Assembly: GCA_965228735.1 (NCBI GenBank)
Contig: OZ245838.1
Location: forward strand, 2,720,001 to 2,784,000
Length of the DNA: 64,000 nucleotides
Reading direction: 5' to 3'
Origin: Planctomycetota bacterium
Lineage (GTDB): Bacteria; Planctomycetota; UBA1135; UBA2386
Shown: one piece after another, positions 1 to 9,921 of the stretch
Layout: each line of letters starts with the position of its first letter
How positions within the stretch are numbered: position 1 is the first letter of the stretch
Notes under the pieces: generated by a model
Told to the model about the DNA's origin: nothing
The model's input: the letters and a program-made list of their open reading frames with translations, nothing else
The model's database searches: none
Program-made: the position numbers and the translations under genes

Positions 1-249
1 GTCGCCATCGGCGAAGACCGCGATCTTGATCGACTTGCCCGTGCCCTTCGGCAGGCTCACCGAGCCGCGCACCAGCTGGTCCGTCTTCTTCGGGTCGATG
101 CCGATGCGGACCGCGACCTCGACGGACTCGTCGAACTTCGGGCCCGGCAGGGTCTTGATCAGGTCGAAGCCCTCGGACAGCTCGTAGCGCTTGGCGCGAT
201 CGACCTGCTCCTGGGCCTTGAGAAAGCGACGGCTCTGCTTCTTGGCCAT
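1..249 (-). CDS. rplA: 50S ribosomal protein L1, N-terminal part (runs off the window)
   Basis: Hand translation from ATG at 249: MAKKQSRRF...[39 protein letters not shown] overlaps the rplK stop (TGATG). Confidence 0.97.
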   Translation of the reverse strand, partial: MAKKQSRRFLKAQEQVDRAKRYELSEGFDLIKTLPGPKFDESVEVAVRIGIDPKKTDQLVRGSVSLPKGTGKSIKIAVFADGD

Positions 250-674
250 CAGTCCACCACCTGGATGCCGCAGGAACGCGCCGAACCCTCGATCATGCGC
301 ATCGCGCCCTCGATGTCCTTGGCGTTGAGGTCCTTGATCTTCATCTCCGCGATCTCCTTCACCTGCGCGCGGGTCACCTTGCCGACGACCTCACTGCCGG
401 GCTCGTGGGCGGCGCTCGCGAGGCCGGCGGCCTTCTTCAGCAACACGCCGGCGGGCGGCGACTTGTACTCCAGCGAGAAGGTCCGGTCCTTGTAGACCGA
501 GATGATGACCGGAATGATCATCCCCTGCTGCTGGCGGGCCTCGTCGTTGAACTGCTTGACGAACTGCCCGATGTTGATGCCGTGCTGACCGAGGGCGGGG
601 CCGACCGGCGGCGCAGGGGTAGCCTGCCCGGCAGGGCACTGGAGCTTTACGGTCGCGGTGACTTCTTTTGCCAT
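249..674 (-). CDS. rplK: 50S ribosomal protein L11
   Basis: [21 protein letters not shown]...GSARSCGI; adjacent to rplA. Confidence 0.99.
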   Translation of the reverse strand: MAKEVTATVKLQCPAGQATPAPPVGPALGQHGINIGQFVKQFNDEARQQQGMIIPVIISVYKDRTFSLEYKSPPAGVLLKKAAGLASAAHEPGSEVVGKVTRAQVKEIAEMKIKDLNAKDIEGAMRMIEGSARSCGIQVVD

Positions 675-686
675 TCTGTACTCTCA

Positions 687-724
687 GCGGTTCTGGCGGA
701 CGCGGTCGAGCCGCGCCCTCCCAC
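687..724 (-). promoter_or_regulatory. Putative L1-binding autoregulatory leader of rplK-rplA
   Basis: Minus strand GTGGGAG-GGCGCGG-CTCGA-CCGCGTCC-GCCAGAACCGC lies just upstream of the rplK ATG. The GGGAG internal loop plus hairpin resembles known L1 mRNA sites. Confidence 0.6.
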
Positions 725-900
725 TACAAGAGGGTCCACAGGCAGTTCTGGCACGAACCGGCCCGCGGAAACGGGCGGAGGATAGAAGCAGAGGCCCCCG
801 GGGGAGTCAACGGGGAAAGCCGACAATCTCCCCGGGCGGCTCCGGGCAGCGCGAAGGCCGGGGGGGCGGCCCCCGGACCGCCCGACGCGGGCCGCCGGCC

Positions 901-1803
901 CTACTGCGACGCGAGCACGACGAAGTCGTGACCGAGGCTCGCGCCCGTGCCGATCATCCCCGCCTGATGGTAAAGCGGGTAGGCGAGGAAGTTGGGGTCG
1001 TTGGGGATCGACACCGGCGTCGTGTTGCGGCCCGCCCCGTCCAGCGACGCGATCTGCAGCACGACCACCAGGTTGGGGTCGAGGTAGAGCGTGCCGACCA
1101 CACCGGGGAACGTGAGCCCGGCCGGAAACGGGGCGAGCGCCACGAACGTGCCGAACAGCGCGTTCGCCTCGCCCTCGACCTGGTGCGACACCGTGCTGCC
1201 GAGCTGCCGGTTGCCCAGGATGCAGTACGTCGGCCCCACCACGTCGCGCACCGAGATGTTGTCGACGTTCATCCGCGGCGTGCTCGGGTTGCACAGGAAG
1301 TCGCGCGTGAAGTTGAGGCGCAGCGTCACGAGCCCCGACGTCGTCGGGCTGAAGCGCCCGCAGACCTGCGCCCGCTTCACCTGCGGCTGCGGCAGCGCGC
1401 CGTTGTAGTTGCCGAAATCGTGACGCGCGACCTCGACGCCCGCGACCTCGACCCAGATCGTGCCGGTATCGGCGTTGTTGCCGGTCGGCGCCCCCGGCCG
1501 CGCCCCGCTCGCGTCGCACCGGAACTCGTAGGTCAGCCCCTGGACGACGACGATCTGCTGCTCGATCCAGTTCGGCGGGAACGGCGGCGGCCAGACCTGC
1601 CCACCCGCGTTGACCCCGAACGAGTCGCTGACACCGAGGCCCGTCGTGTCCCACGTCGTTTCGAGGCCGGGGTTGACGCTGTAGCCGCCGCCGAGCGTCC
1701 AGTGCTGGAGCCCCATGTCGAAGCCGCCGTCGACGACCCATTCGGCCTGGGCTGGCAGGGACGTCGCGAAGAGAAGGAACGAAGAGACGAGCAGTCGCCG
1801 CAT
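901..1803 (-). CDS. Secreted protein (~300 aa): signal peptide, possible beta-sandwich domain, shared C-terminal module
   Basis: Probable start ATG 1803, MRRLLVSSFLLFATSLPAQA|EW (Sec signal). VDGGF...VDNISV is reminiscent of carbohydrate-binding jelly-roll domains. Confidence 0.75.
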   Translation of the reverse strand: MRRLLVSSFLLFATSLPAQAEWVVDGGFDMGLQHWTLGGGYSVNPGLETTWDTTGLGVSDSFGVNAGGQVWPPPFPPNWIEQQIVVVQGLTYEFRCDASGARPGAPTGNNADTGTIWVEVAGVEVARHDFGNYNGALPQPQVKRAQVCGRFSPTTSGLVTLRLNFTRDFLCNPSTPRMNVDNISVRDVVGPTYCILGNRQLGSTVSHQVEGEANALFGTFVALAPFPAGLTFPGVVGTLYLDPNLVVVLQIASLDGAGRNTTPVSIPNDPNFLAYPLYHQAGMIGTGASLGHDFVVLASQ

Positions 1804-2135
1804 GGTGGACTCTGGGCAGGATGACGAAACGTCAAGCGTCCCCGCCCATCCCGCTCTGGCAAGCCCCGATCGCGGACAGCCCCGTAACAAGAAAGAAGGC
1901 GGCGAGGCCCATGCCTGCCTCGCCGCCTGACTCCGGGCCCGCCAAGAAAGCGCGAGCCCCACTCATGCATCGTCGTTTCACGACCAGCCACCCTCGAGGC
2001 CGGTCGGGCGCCAATTGGCGCCACCCAATCAAGCGCAAGAACACCGCGCGACCGGACAACCCTTTCGCGATTCGAACGACCGCGTCACCGCCGAGCAGCG
2101 CCCAACGGCCTCCCACTCGCGCACGCCCCTCCGCC

Positions 2136-2228
2136 CAGAACGCTGCAGTTCGAACCTGGTTCCGTACGCACGCGCAGGCTCCGTACGCACGCGCAGAACG
2201 CTGCAGTTCGAACCTGGTTCCGTACGCA
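2136..2228. repeat. Two perfect 35-bp direct repeats of the palindromic repeat family
   Basis: CAGAACGCTGCAGTTCGAACCTGGTTCCGTACGCA at 2136-2170 and 2194-2228. The spacer contains a further TCCGTACGCACGCG fragment. Confidence 0.9.
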
Positions 2229-2414
2229 ACCCCCGTACGAGGGCGTATTGCGTCCCAATTGCGAGGGCGCGTAGCGCCCAAGCAATTCCCCCGCTGGTTG
2301 GTAGGCGCCAGTTGGCGTCCTCGCCCGAGTGTCGCTTCGCCCCAACCAGCGGACAAAGGCCGACGCCGCTGTCGCTCGGCGGTCAAGCCAACCGAGCCGG
2401 TCGGCGGCCGCGGC

Positions 2415-3260
2415 CTAGATCGGCTCGACTTCCCAATAACCGAGCGACAGCGGCGTCGGCCGGCCGAAGAAGTTCACCGACACATCGAGCGTGCCCTTGT
2501 CGGGGTGCACTTCCTCAACGGTGGCGTCCGTGTTCTCGAACGCGCCGGTCTTGATCTTCACCCGATCGCCCTTCTTGTACTGAACGGCGACCTTCGGCTG
2601 CTCCTTGCTCGCGTCCATCGTCGCGAGGACCTTGTCGACGTCTTCCTGCTTGGCCGGCGTCGGAGTGGCCTGGCCGCCGACGAAGTCGCCGAAACCCGGG
2701 GTCTCGCGCAGCACGAACCAGACGTCGTCGCTGAGCTTCATCTGGACCATCAGATAGCCCGGGTAGAGCTTGCGGCGCTTGACCGTCTTCTTGCCCGCGC
2801 GGTGGTCGGCGATGGTCTCGGTCGGCACGACGATCTGCGGCACGAGCTCCTCGAGCCCGTCCTGCTTGAGCCGGCGCACCATGTTCTTGCAGATGCGATC
2901 CTCGCGGCCGACCTGCACGCGCAGGAAGTACCACTCGAGCTTGGCCTCGGGCTTCTGCTCCGCGGCGGGTGCATCGTCGAAGTCGTCGTCGTCGTCACCC
3001 GCAGCGAGCTGCGCGGCGAGGGTCTTCGGCGCGGGCGCGGCCGGGGCGGGATCGCTCGCGGGCGCCCCTGCATCGGTCGCCGGAGGATCACCGGCCGGAG
3101 AGTCACCGGCCGAAGAGTCGCTCGCGGAGCCGGCGCCAGAATCCGCAGGACCCGACGGGTTCTCCGGTTTCGCGCCACCCACAGCCGCATCATCGACCGC
3201 GGGATCCGTTGGCTTGGGGTTGTTGTCGTCGGGGAGGCCGGCGGAGCCGTCGATCGTCAT
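2415..3260 (-). CDS. nusG: Transcription termination/antitermination factor NusG with long disordered N-terminal extension
   Basis: WYFLRVQVGRED, KLYPGYLMVQM, KOW motif KKGDRVKIKTGAF, VNFFGRPTP; follows secE. Confidence 0.97.
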   Translation of the reverse strand: MTIDGSAGLPDDNNPKPTDPAVDDAAVGGAKPENPSGPADSGAGSASDSSAGDSPAGDPPATDAGAPASDPAPAAPAPKTLAAQLAAGDDDDDFDDAPAAEQKPEAKLEWYFLRVQVGREDRICKNMVRRLKQDGLEELVPQIVVPTETIADHRAGKKTVKRRKLYPGYLMVQMKLSDDVWFVLRETPGFGDFVGGQATPTPAKQEDVDKVLATMDASKEQPKVAVQYKKGDRVKIKTGAFENTDATVEEVHPDKGTLDVSVNFFGRPTPLSLGYWEVEPI

Positions 3261-3269
3261 CAGGCCTAC

Positions 3270-3707
3270 CTAGTTCTGTCCTGGCAGCAGCGACGTCATC
3301 ACCTTGGCGAAGAGCAGGTCGACGCCGGTGAGGAAGAGGAAGAGCACCGTCACCATCGTCGCGACGGCCATCGTGCCCTGCGCGACCTCGCCCCAGGTGG
3401 GCCAGGTCACCTTCTTCATCTCACCCTCGGTGTCGATGAGCAGATCGGCGAGCTGCGGCCGGTTGAGGATGCGCGACGCGACGAACAGGATGACGGCGAG
3501 GATCGCCGTCGCGATGAGCGTCGAGACGCGCAGCTGGGTCACGAGCGGGAAATTGTCGATCAGGGTCTGATCGTTCCCCTCGCCCATCCAGTTCCGAATC
3601 ATGTCGGCGAGCCCGCCGCCGCGGTAGAAGCCGTAGCCGAGCAGCAGCGCGATCACCCAGAAGGCGATCATGCGGGCGAAGCGCCCTTGGTTCTTGCGAT
3701 AACTCAC
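3270..3707 (-). CDS. secE: Preprotein translocase subunit SecE (multi-TM form)
   Basis: EGEMKKVTWPT motif followed by a TM helix; between tRNA-Trp and nusG. Confidence 0.95.
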   Translation of the reverse strand: MSYRKNQGRFARMIAFWVIALLLGYGFYRGGGLADMIRNWMGEGNDQTLIDNFPLVTQLRVSTLIATAILAVILFVASRILNRPQLADLLIDTEGEMKKVTWPTWGEVAQGTMAVATMVTVLFLFLTGVDLLFAKVMTSLLPGQN

Positions 3708-3781
3708 GGGTTGGCGTCTCTACGGATGGTCTCTACGGCCTCGCGGCCGAGTGGCGACTGCAAACATCGGGGGCTGTGGAG

Positions 3782-3857
3782 TGGCAGGGCAGCAAGGACT
3801 CGAACCCTGAACCGGTTGATTTGGAATCAACTGCTCTACCAATTGAGCTACTACCCT
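3782..3857 (-). tRNA. tRNA-Trp(CCA)
   Basis: AGGGTAGTAGCTCAATTGGTAGAGCAGTTGATTCCAAATCAACCGGTTCAGGGTTCGAGTCCTTGCTGCCCTGCCA. Confidence 0.97.
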
Positions 3858-4054
3858 CCAGGATTGACAGGACCGGCAGCCCCCCGAAGAAGCTGCCGGG
3901 CCAGTTGTCGGGCCGAGCAGTGTAGCAACGACGCCGGCTGGCGCCGCCACAAACCACTGGATCGGCCCACCGAAATCGCCGTCCGCTGGAGAACGGGACG
4001 CCGAGTTCGGCCAGTGACTGCAGGTCGCAACCTGCGAGCGATTGCGAACTGCGA

Positions 4055-5257
<1,203 letters not shown>

Positions 5258-5291
5258 GAGAGTCTAGAGACTGATGAAGCGGAGTATCCGA

Positions 5292-5366
<75 letters not shown>

Positions 5367-5408
5367 AGCCGACAGTTGAAAGTCGAAGATGACGTGAATC
5401 GAAAGATC

Positions 5409-5482
5409 TGGAGCGGGTGAAGGGAATCGAACCCTCGTCACCAGTTTGGAAGACTGGAGCTCTACCATTGAGCTACACCCGC
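5409..5482 (-). tRNA. tRNA-Gly(TCC)
   Basis: GCGGGTGTAGCTCAATGGTAGAGCTCCAGTCTTCCAAACTGGTGACGAGGGTTCGATTCCCTTCACCCGCTCCA. Confidence 0.97.
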
Positions 5483-5664
5483 ATGAGCCACGCGTGCGAC
5501 CGCCGCCGCGTCAAGGGTCGCGCGCATCGAACGTGTCGATCCGGACGAGCCGATCTGCAGCAGACGACGCCTGAGCGACGCATGCAGACAACACAAGAAC
5601 GCGGATGCTCCGTCGCGAACCCGATCCCCTCTTCGCGAGAGCGTCTCGGTGTCGGTCAGGAAAC

Positions 5665-5749
5665 TGGTGGGCGGAGCAGGATTCGAACCTGCGAAGGCTG
5701 AGCCGCCAGATTTACAGTCTGGTCCATTTGACCACTTTGGTATCCGCCC
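5665..5749 (-). tRNA. tRNA-Tyr(GTA)
   Basis: GGGCGGATACCAAAGTGGTCAAATGGACCAGACTGTAAATCTGG...GGTTCGAATCCTGCTCCGCCCACCA; long variable arm. Confidence 0.97.
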
Positions 5750-5840
5750 GAAGTTGCGTTCGTGCGCTGCCTTTCCTTCGACGCCGCGCCCGCGAGCCTC
5801 GCCACATCGGGGGTTCCGATCCGGATCTAGCCCAGGGGTC

Positions 5841-5916
5841 TGGAGCTAGCGATGGGACTCGAACCCATAACCTCTTGATTACAAATCAAGAGCTCTACCG
5901 GTTGAGCTACGCTAGC
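5841..5916 (-). tRNA. tRNA-Thr(TGT)
   Basis: GCTAGCGTAGCTCAACCGGTAGAGCTCTTGATTTGTAATCAAGAGGTTATGGGTTCGAGTCCCATCGCTAGCTCCA. Confidence 0.97.
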
Positions 5917-5945
5917 GGGCGTGCCGCCTTGGGAAAGGCCGAGGG

Positions 5946-5973
5946 AGGATACCGACGCCCGAGGGCAGTTCAA
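5946..5973 (-). promoter_or_regulatory. Putative sigma70 promoter of the tRNA-tuf operon
   Basis: TTGAAC-N16-TATCCT about 30 nt upstream of tRNA-Thr(TGT). Confidence 0.5.
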
Positions 5974-6058
5974 GCGCACCGGATCGCATTTTTTGGCCGG
6001 GAGCGGGCCGTTCGGGGCCGGTTGGGAGCCGCGCGCGCACGGCGATCGGCGAACCCCG

Positions 6059-7225
6059 TCAGAGCGCCCGGGCCGCCGCGAGGAACGCCTGCAGCCGGGT
6101 CTCGAACTCGGCGACCGTTTCGCCGCCGATCCGGGCCAGCGTCGCATCCGCGAGCACCAGCGCCACCATCGCCTCGGCCACGATGGCGCAGGCCGAGACC
6201 GCGCAGACGTCCGACCGTTCGTAGCCGGCCTCGGCGACCTCGCCGGTCGACAGGTCGACGCTCGCCAGCGGCTGGCGCAGCGTGCTGATCGGCTTCATCG
6301 CGGCCCGGACTACCACCGGCTGGCCGTTGGTCATGCCGCCTTCGATGCCGCCGGCCCGGTTGGTGCCGCGATCGTGGGCCACGCCGCCGAGTCCGCCGCG
6401 ACCGGGTTCGATGGTGTCGTGGACCTGGCTGCCGCGACGCTCGGAGACCCCGAGTCCGAGACCGATCTCGACGGCCTTGACCGCCGGAATCGACATCAGC
6501 GCCGCGCTGATTCGGGCCTCGAGCCGCTCGTGCCACTGCACGCAGGTGCCGATGCCGGGCACGACGTCGGTCGCGATGACCTCGACGAGGCCGCCAACGG
6601 TGTCGCGGTCCTTCGCGGCTTCCTGGACGCGCGCCAGCATCGCGGCGTCGGTGTCGGCGCCGAGCGTGTAGAGCCGGGTGCCGTCGCGGAACGTGCGCAG
6701 GGCCTCGAGATCGCTCAGGTCGGCAGGCTGGTCGTCGGGGAGCGCGACGGTCTCGCAGCGGCGGACGAAGCCGAGCACGTTCGTGCCGGCGACGGCCAGC
6801 AGCTGGCGGCACACGCCCCCCACCGCGACGCGCGCCGCGGTCTCGCGCGCCGAGCTGCGTTCGAGCGTCGAACGGATGTCGCGATCGAGCCAGTGGTAGC
6901 AGCCGGAGAGGTCGGCGTGACCGGGCCGTGGCCGGTCGGGCTCGGGCAGCTCGTCGATCTTGTGATCGCGGTTGGACACCTGCAGGCAGAGCGGTGAGCC
7001 GATCGTGCGGCCGCGGCGCACGCCGCCGAGGATCTCGATGTGGTCGTTCTCGATGCGCTGGCGCCCGCCGCGGCCGGCCCCACCCTGCCGCAGTCGCAGC
7101 GTCGCGTCGATCGCGTCGACGTCGAGCTCGAGCCCGCGTGGCAGCCCTTCGAGCGTCGCCATCACGGCCGGACCATGGGACTCGCCGGCACTGCGGAACG
7201 AGAGTCTGCTGAGGGGTTCGCTCAC
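6059..7225 (-). CDS. aroC: Chorismate synthase
   Basis: SAGESHG, PRPGHAD, ERSSARETA, NRAGGIEGGMTNG, MKPISTL, ERSDVC. Confidence 0.98.
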   Translation of the reverse strand: MSEPLSRLSFRSAGESHGPAVMATLEGLPRGLELDVDAIDATLRLRQGGAGRGGRQRIENDHIEILGGVRRGRTIGSPLCLQVSNRDHKIDELPEPDRPRPGHADLSGCYHWLDRDIRSTLERSSARETAARVAVGGVCRQLLAVAGTNVLGFVRRCETVALPDDQPADLSDLEALRTFRDGTRLYTLGADTDAAMLARVQEAAKDRDTVGGLVEVIATDVVPGIGTCVQWHERLEARISAALMSIPAVKAVEIGLGLGVSERRGSQVHDTIEPGRGGLGGVAHDRGTNRAGGIEGGMTNGQPVVVRAAMKPISTLRQPLASVDLSTGEVAEAGYERSDVCAVSACAIVAEAMVALVLADATLARIGGETVAEFETRLQAFLAAARAL

Positions 7226-7629
7226 AACTGGGTCGCGACGCCTTTCGCAGGAGTCGTGCCGCCCGGCTGCGCGAGGTCGCGCACGATGCCGGCGAACTCG
7301 AACAGGTCGAACGGCTTGCGCATCACGGCGCGCACGAACTCGAACTGGTCGAGGCGCTGCGCCGTCGCGTCGTCGACGAAGCCCGACACGACGACGGTCG
7401 GCGGCGGCGACGGCACGTCCGCGAGGCTGGCGAGCACTTCGCCGCCGCTCTGCTTCGGCATGTCGAGGTCACACACGAGCACGTCGACCGCCGGATCCCG
7501 CGCGAGCCGCGCCGCCGCCACGCCGTCGAACGCGCAGACGGTCCGCATCCCGCTGCGCTTCAAGATCTCGACGAGCAGCGAGCTCACCGCCGTATCGTTG
7601 TCGGCGACCAGGACCAGAGGAGCGGTCAT
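7222..7629 (-). CDS. Single-domain response regulator (CheY-like receiver)
   Basis: LVADND, VCDLDMP (phospho-Asp), VVSG, RKPF. Confidence 0.9.
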   Translation of the reverse strand: MTAPLVLVADNDTAVSSLLVEILKRSGMRTVCAFDGVAAARLARDPAVDVLVCDLDMPKQSGGEVLASLADVPSPPPTVVVSGFVDDATAQRLDQFEFVRAVMRKPFDLFEFAGIVRDLAQPGGTTPAKGVATQL

Positions 7630-7648
7630 CGGGGCGCCCGATCGTATG

Positions 7649-7749
7649 CCCGTACGGAACCTGGTTCAAACCGCAAGGCTGCCAAGCGAGCGCCGCCGAA
7701 GGCGGCTCTCGCGCGGCAGCCTTGCGGTTTGAACCAGGTTCCGTACGGG
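7649..7749. repeat. 101-nt palindromic element (REP/MITE-like) with perfect 35-bp inverted arms
   Basis: CCCGTACGGAACCTGGTTCAAACCGCAAGGCTGCC (7649-7683) and its exact reverse complement (7715-7749), with an inner GCCGCC-GAA-GGCGGC hairpin. Confidence 0.93.
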
Positions 7750-7751
7750 TG

Positions 7752-9860
7752 TCACGCCTGGTCGAGGGGGACGATCCAGGAGACGTCTTCGAACGGGACC
7801 TTCATCTTCACGCGGCCGTAGTCGACCGTGACCTGCTCGCGGACCTTGTCGACCTTGTGGACCTGGACGTGGCGGTGCCAGCGCGGCAGGAACACGCGGT
7901 CGCCCTTCTTGAGGCCGTGGCAGAAGCGGACGCGGCGGCGGTGGACCTTGGCGTTCCGCAGCAGGCCGTCGAGGGTCGTCTTGAGCTGCCGGGCCCGCTC
8001 GCCATGCTGGCCCGGCGCGTTCTCGAGCGCCTGCACGTGCTCCTCGAGCGCGGCCTTCGCGGTGCGCAGCTCGTGCTCGACGACGCCGTCGGCCTCCTCC
8101 TGCAGCCAGACCTCGCGGCGCTGGGCCTCGGCGAGCTTCTCCTCGAGCTCGGACTCCTTGCTCGCGACGGCACGCGAGGTCGCCGCCGTGCGCTTGCGGT
8201 CCGCCTCGGCCTCGCGGCGGGCGACCTGCACCTTCTCGATCACGGTGTCGAGCGTCGGATCGCGCTTGCCGAGCAGTTCGCGGGCGCGGGCGACGACCCC
8301 CTTCGGCATGCCGACGCGCGCCGCGATGTCGAGCGCGTGGCTGTTGCCCGGGATGCCGACGTCGAGGCGATAGAGCGGCTCGAGCGACTTGCCGTCGAAC
8401 GCCATCGAACCGTTGTCCGCGCCCGGGTGCTGGTAGGCGAACTCCTTGAGCCGGCCGAGATGCGTCGTGACGACGGCGAACGCGCGGGCGCGCACGAGCG
8501 CTTCGAGCACCGCATAGCCGAGCACCGACCCTTCTTCCGGATCGGTGCCCGCGCCGAGTTCGTCGAGCAACACGAGGGCCGAGCCCTTCGCCTGGTCGAG
8601 ACACCGCGCGATCCGCTGCACGTGCGAGCTGAACGTCGACAGGTTCTGCGAGATGCCCTGCTCGTCACCGATGTCGGCCTTGACCGCCGAGAAGAACGGA
8701 ATGCGCGCGCCTTCGTCGGCCGGGATCGGCACGCCGCTGAGCGCCATCAGCGACAGCAGCCCGACGGTCTTGAGGACGACGGTCTTGCCGCCGGTGTTCG
8801 GCCCGGTCACGACGAGCAGGTGGTGCGGGTCGCCGAGCGCGACGTCGAGCGGCACGACGTGCTGCGGCCCGTCGCCGCCACCCGCAGGACCGCCGATGGC
8901 ACCCCCGAGCAGCGGATGCCGCGCGCCCTGCAGCCGCAGGCTCGCGCCGTCCGCATCGCCGGGCACGATCGTCGGCACCGTGTAGCCGGACCGCACGAGC
9001 TCGGCCTTGGCCTGCAACAGATCGGCGTCGGCGACGAACTCGACGGCGCCGGTCACCTCGCGCTCCAACCGCCGCAGCGCGCGCGCCGCGTCGGCGAGCA
9101 CGACGTTGATCTCGCGGTTCTCCGCGGCCTGTGCATCGGACAACCGGTTGGCCGCCTGGACGACCCTCTCCGGTTCGATGAACAACGTCTGCCCCGAGCT
9201 GCTGCGGTCGTGCAGCACGCCGGGCACGCGATTGCGCGAATCCGACCGCACCTGCAGCACGGGGCGGCCATGACGCCACGCGGCTTCGGGCGATTGCAGC
9301 CCGCGCCGGACCTGCGGGTCGCCGAGCACGTGCTGCACCGCGGCGTCGACGGCCGATCGCGCCTGCTGGATGTCGCGCCGGATCTCGCGCAGCCGCTGCG
9401 ACGCCGAGTCGAGAACCTCACCGCGATCGTCGACGAGGCCGTCGAGCTCGTCGACGAGGTCCTCGAGGTCGGCGGCGTCTGCCGCGATGACCGCGAGCGC
9501 TGCCGGCTGCGCGAGCAGCCAGCGCCGGCACTGCTCGGCGGCGCGCAGCAGGCGCTTCAGGTCCGCGAGGTCGCGTGCCGCGACCACGTGCTCACCCGCG
9601 AAGAATCCGGGCAGCCACGACCGCACCTCGACCGCGCCGCTGAGCGGCAGGCCGCGCGCCCCGTCTTGCAGTTTGTCGGCGAGGGCCTGCACGGCTCCGA
9701 GCCGCCGGGTCGCGGCCGCCGCGTCCGGCAACGGCCCGAGCTGTTCGACGGCCGTGCGCCCGACGGGCGAGGTCAGGCGCGCGACGAGCAGCGCGCGGAC
9801 GGCATCGAACTCGAGCGCGTCGAGGTCGAACGGGCGGGACTTGATCGATTCAGCGGACAT
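7752..9860 (-). CDS. mutS2: MutS2 family ATPase, ending after the KOW-like domain with no Smr domain
   Basis: LEFDAVR, SSSGQTLFIEP, TGPNTGGKT, DIGDEQGISQNLSTFSSH, LLDELGAGTDPEEG, GIPGNSHA. Confidence 0.93.
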   Translation of the reverse strand: MSAESIKSRPFDLDALEFDAVRALLVARLTSPVGRTAVEQLGPLPDAAAATRRLGAVQALADKLQDGARGLPLSGAVEVRSWLPGFFAGEHVVAARDLADLKRLLRAAEQCRRWLLAQPAALAVIAADAADLEDLVDELDGLVDDRGEVLDSASQRLREIRRDIQQARSAVDAAVQHVLGDPQVRRGLQSPEAAWRHGRPVLQVRSDSRNRVPGVLHDRSSSGQTLFIEPERVVQAANRLSDAQAAENREINVVLADAARALRRLEREVTGAVEFVADADLLQAKAELVRSGYTVPTIVPGDADGASLRLQGARHPLLGGAIGGPAGGGDGPQHVVPLDVALGDPHHLLVVTGPNTGGKTVVLKTVGLLSLMALSGVPIPADEGARIPFFSAVKADIGDEQGISQNLSTFSSHVQRIARCLDQAKGSALVLLDELGAGTDPEEGSVLGYAVLEALVRARAFAVVTTHLGRLKEFAYQHPGADNGSMAFDGKSLEPLYRLDVGIPGNSHALDIAARVGMPKGVVARARELLGKRDPTLDTVIEKVQVARREAEADRKRTAATSRAVASKESELEEKLAEAQRREVWLQEEADGVVEHELRTAKAALEEHVQALENAPGQHGERARQLKTTLDGLLRNAKVHRRRVRFCHGLKKGDRVFLPRWHRHVQVHKVDKVREQVTVDYGRVKMKVPFEDVSWIVPLDQA

Positions 9861-9921
9861 CGGGGCAGCAGTTGTGGCCGCATGTTGCCGCGTCCGCCCC
9901 GCTTCTTAAACTCCGCGCCCG

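Noticed and set aside
2136..2228. 35-bp direct repeats as a mini CRISPR array
   Set aside because: Only two copies, the 23-nt spacer is made of repeat fragments, there are no cas genes, and the same sequence forms inverted arms elsewhere.
3858..4054. Possible rpmG between tuf and tRNA-Trp
   Set aside because: No L33-like sequence was seen. The gap holds only a hairpin and a possible extended -10 box (TGCTACACT).
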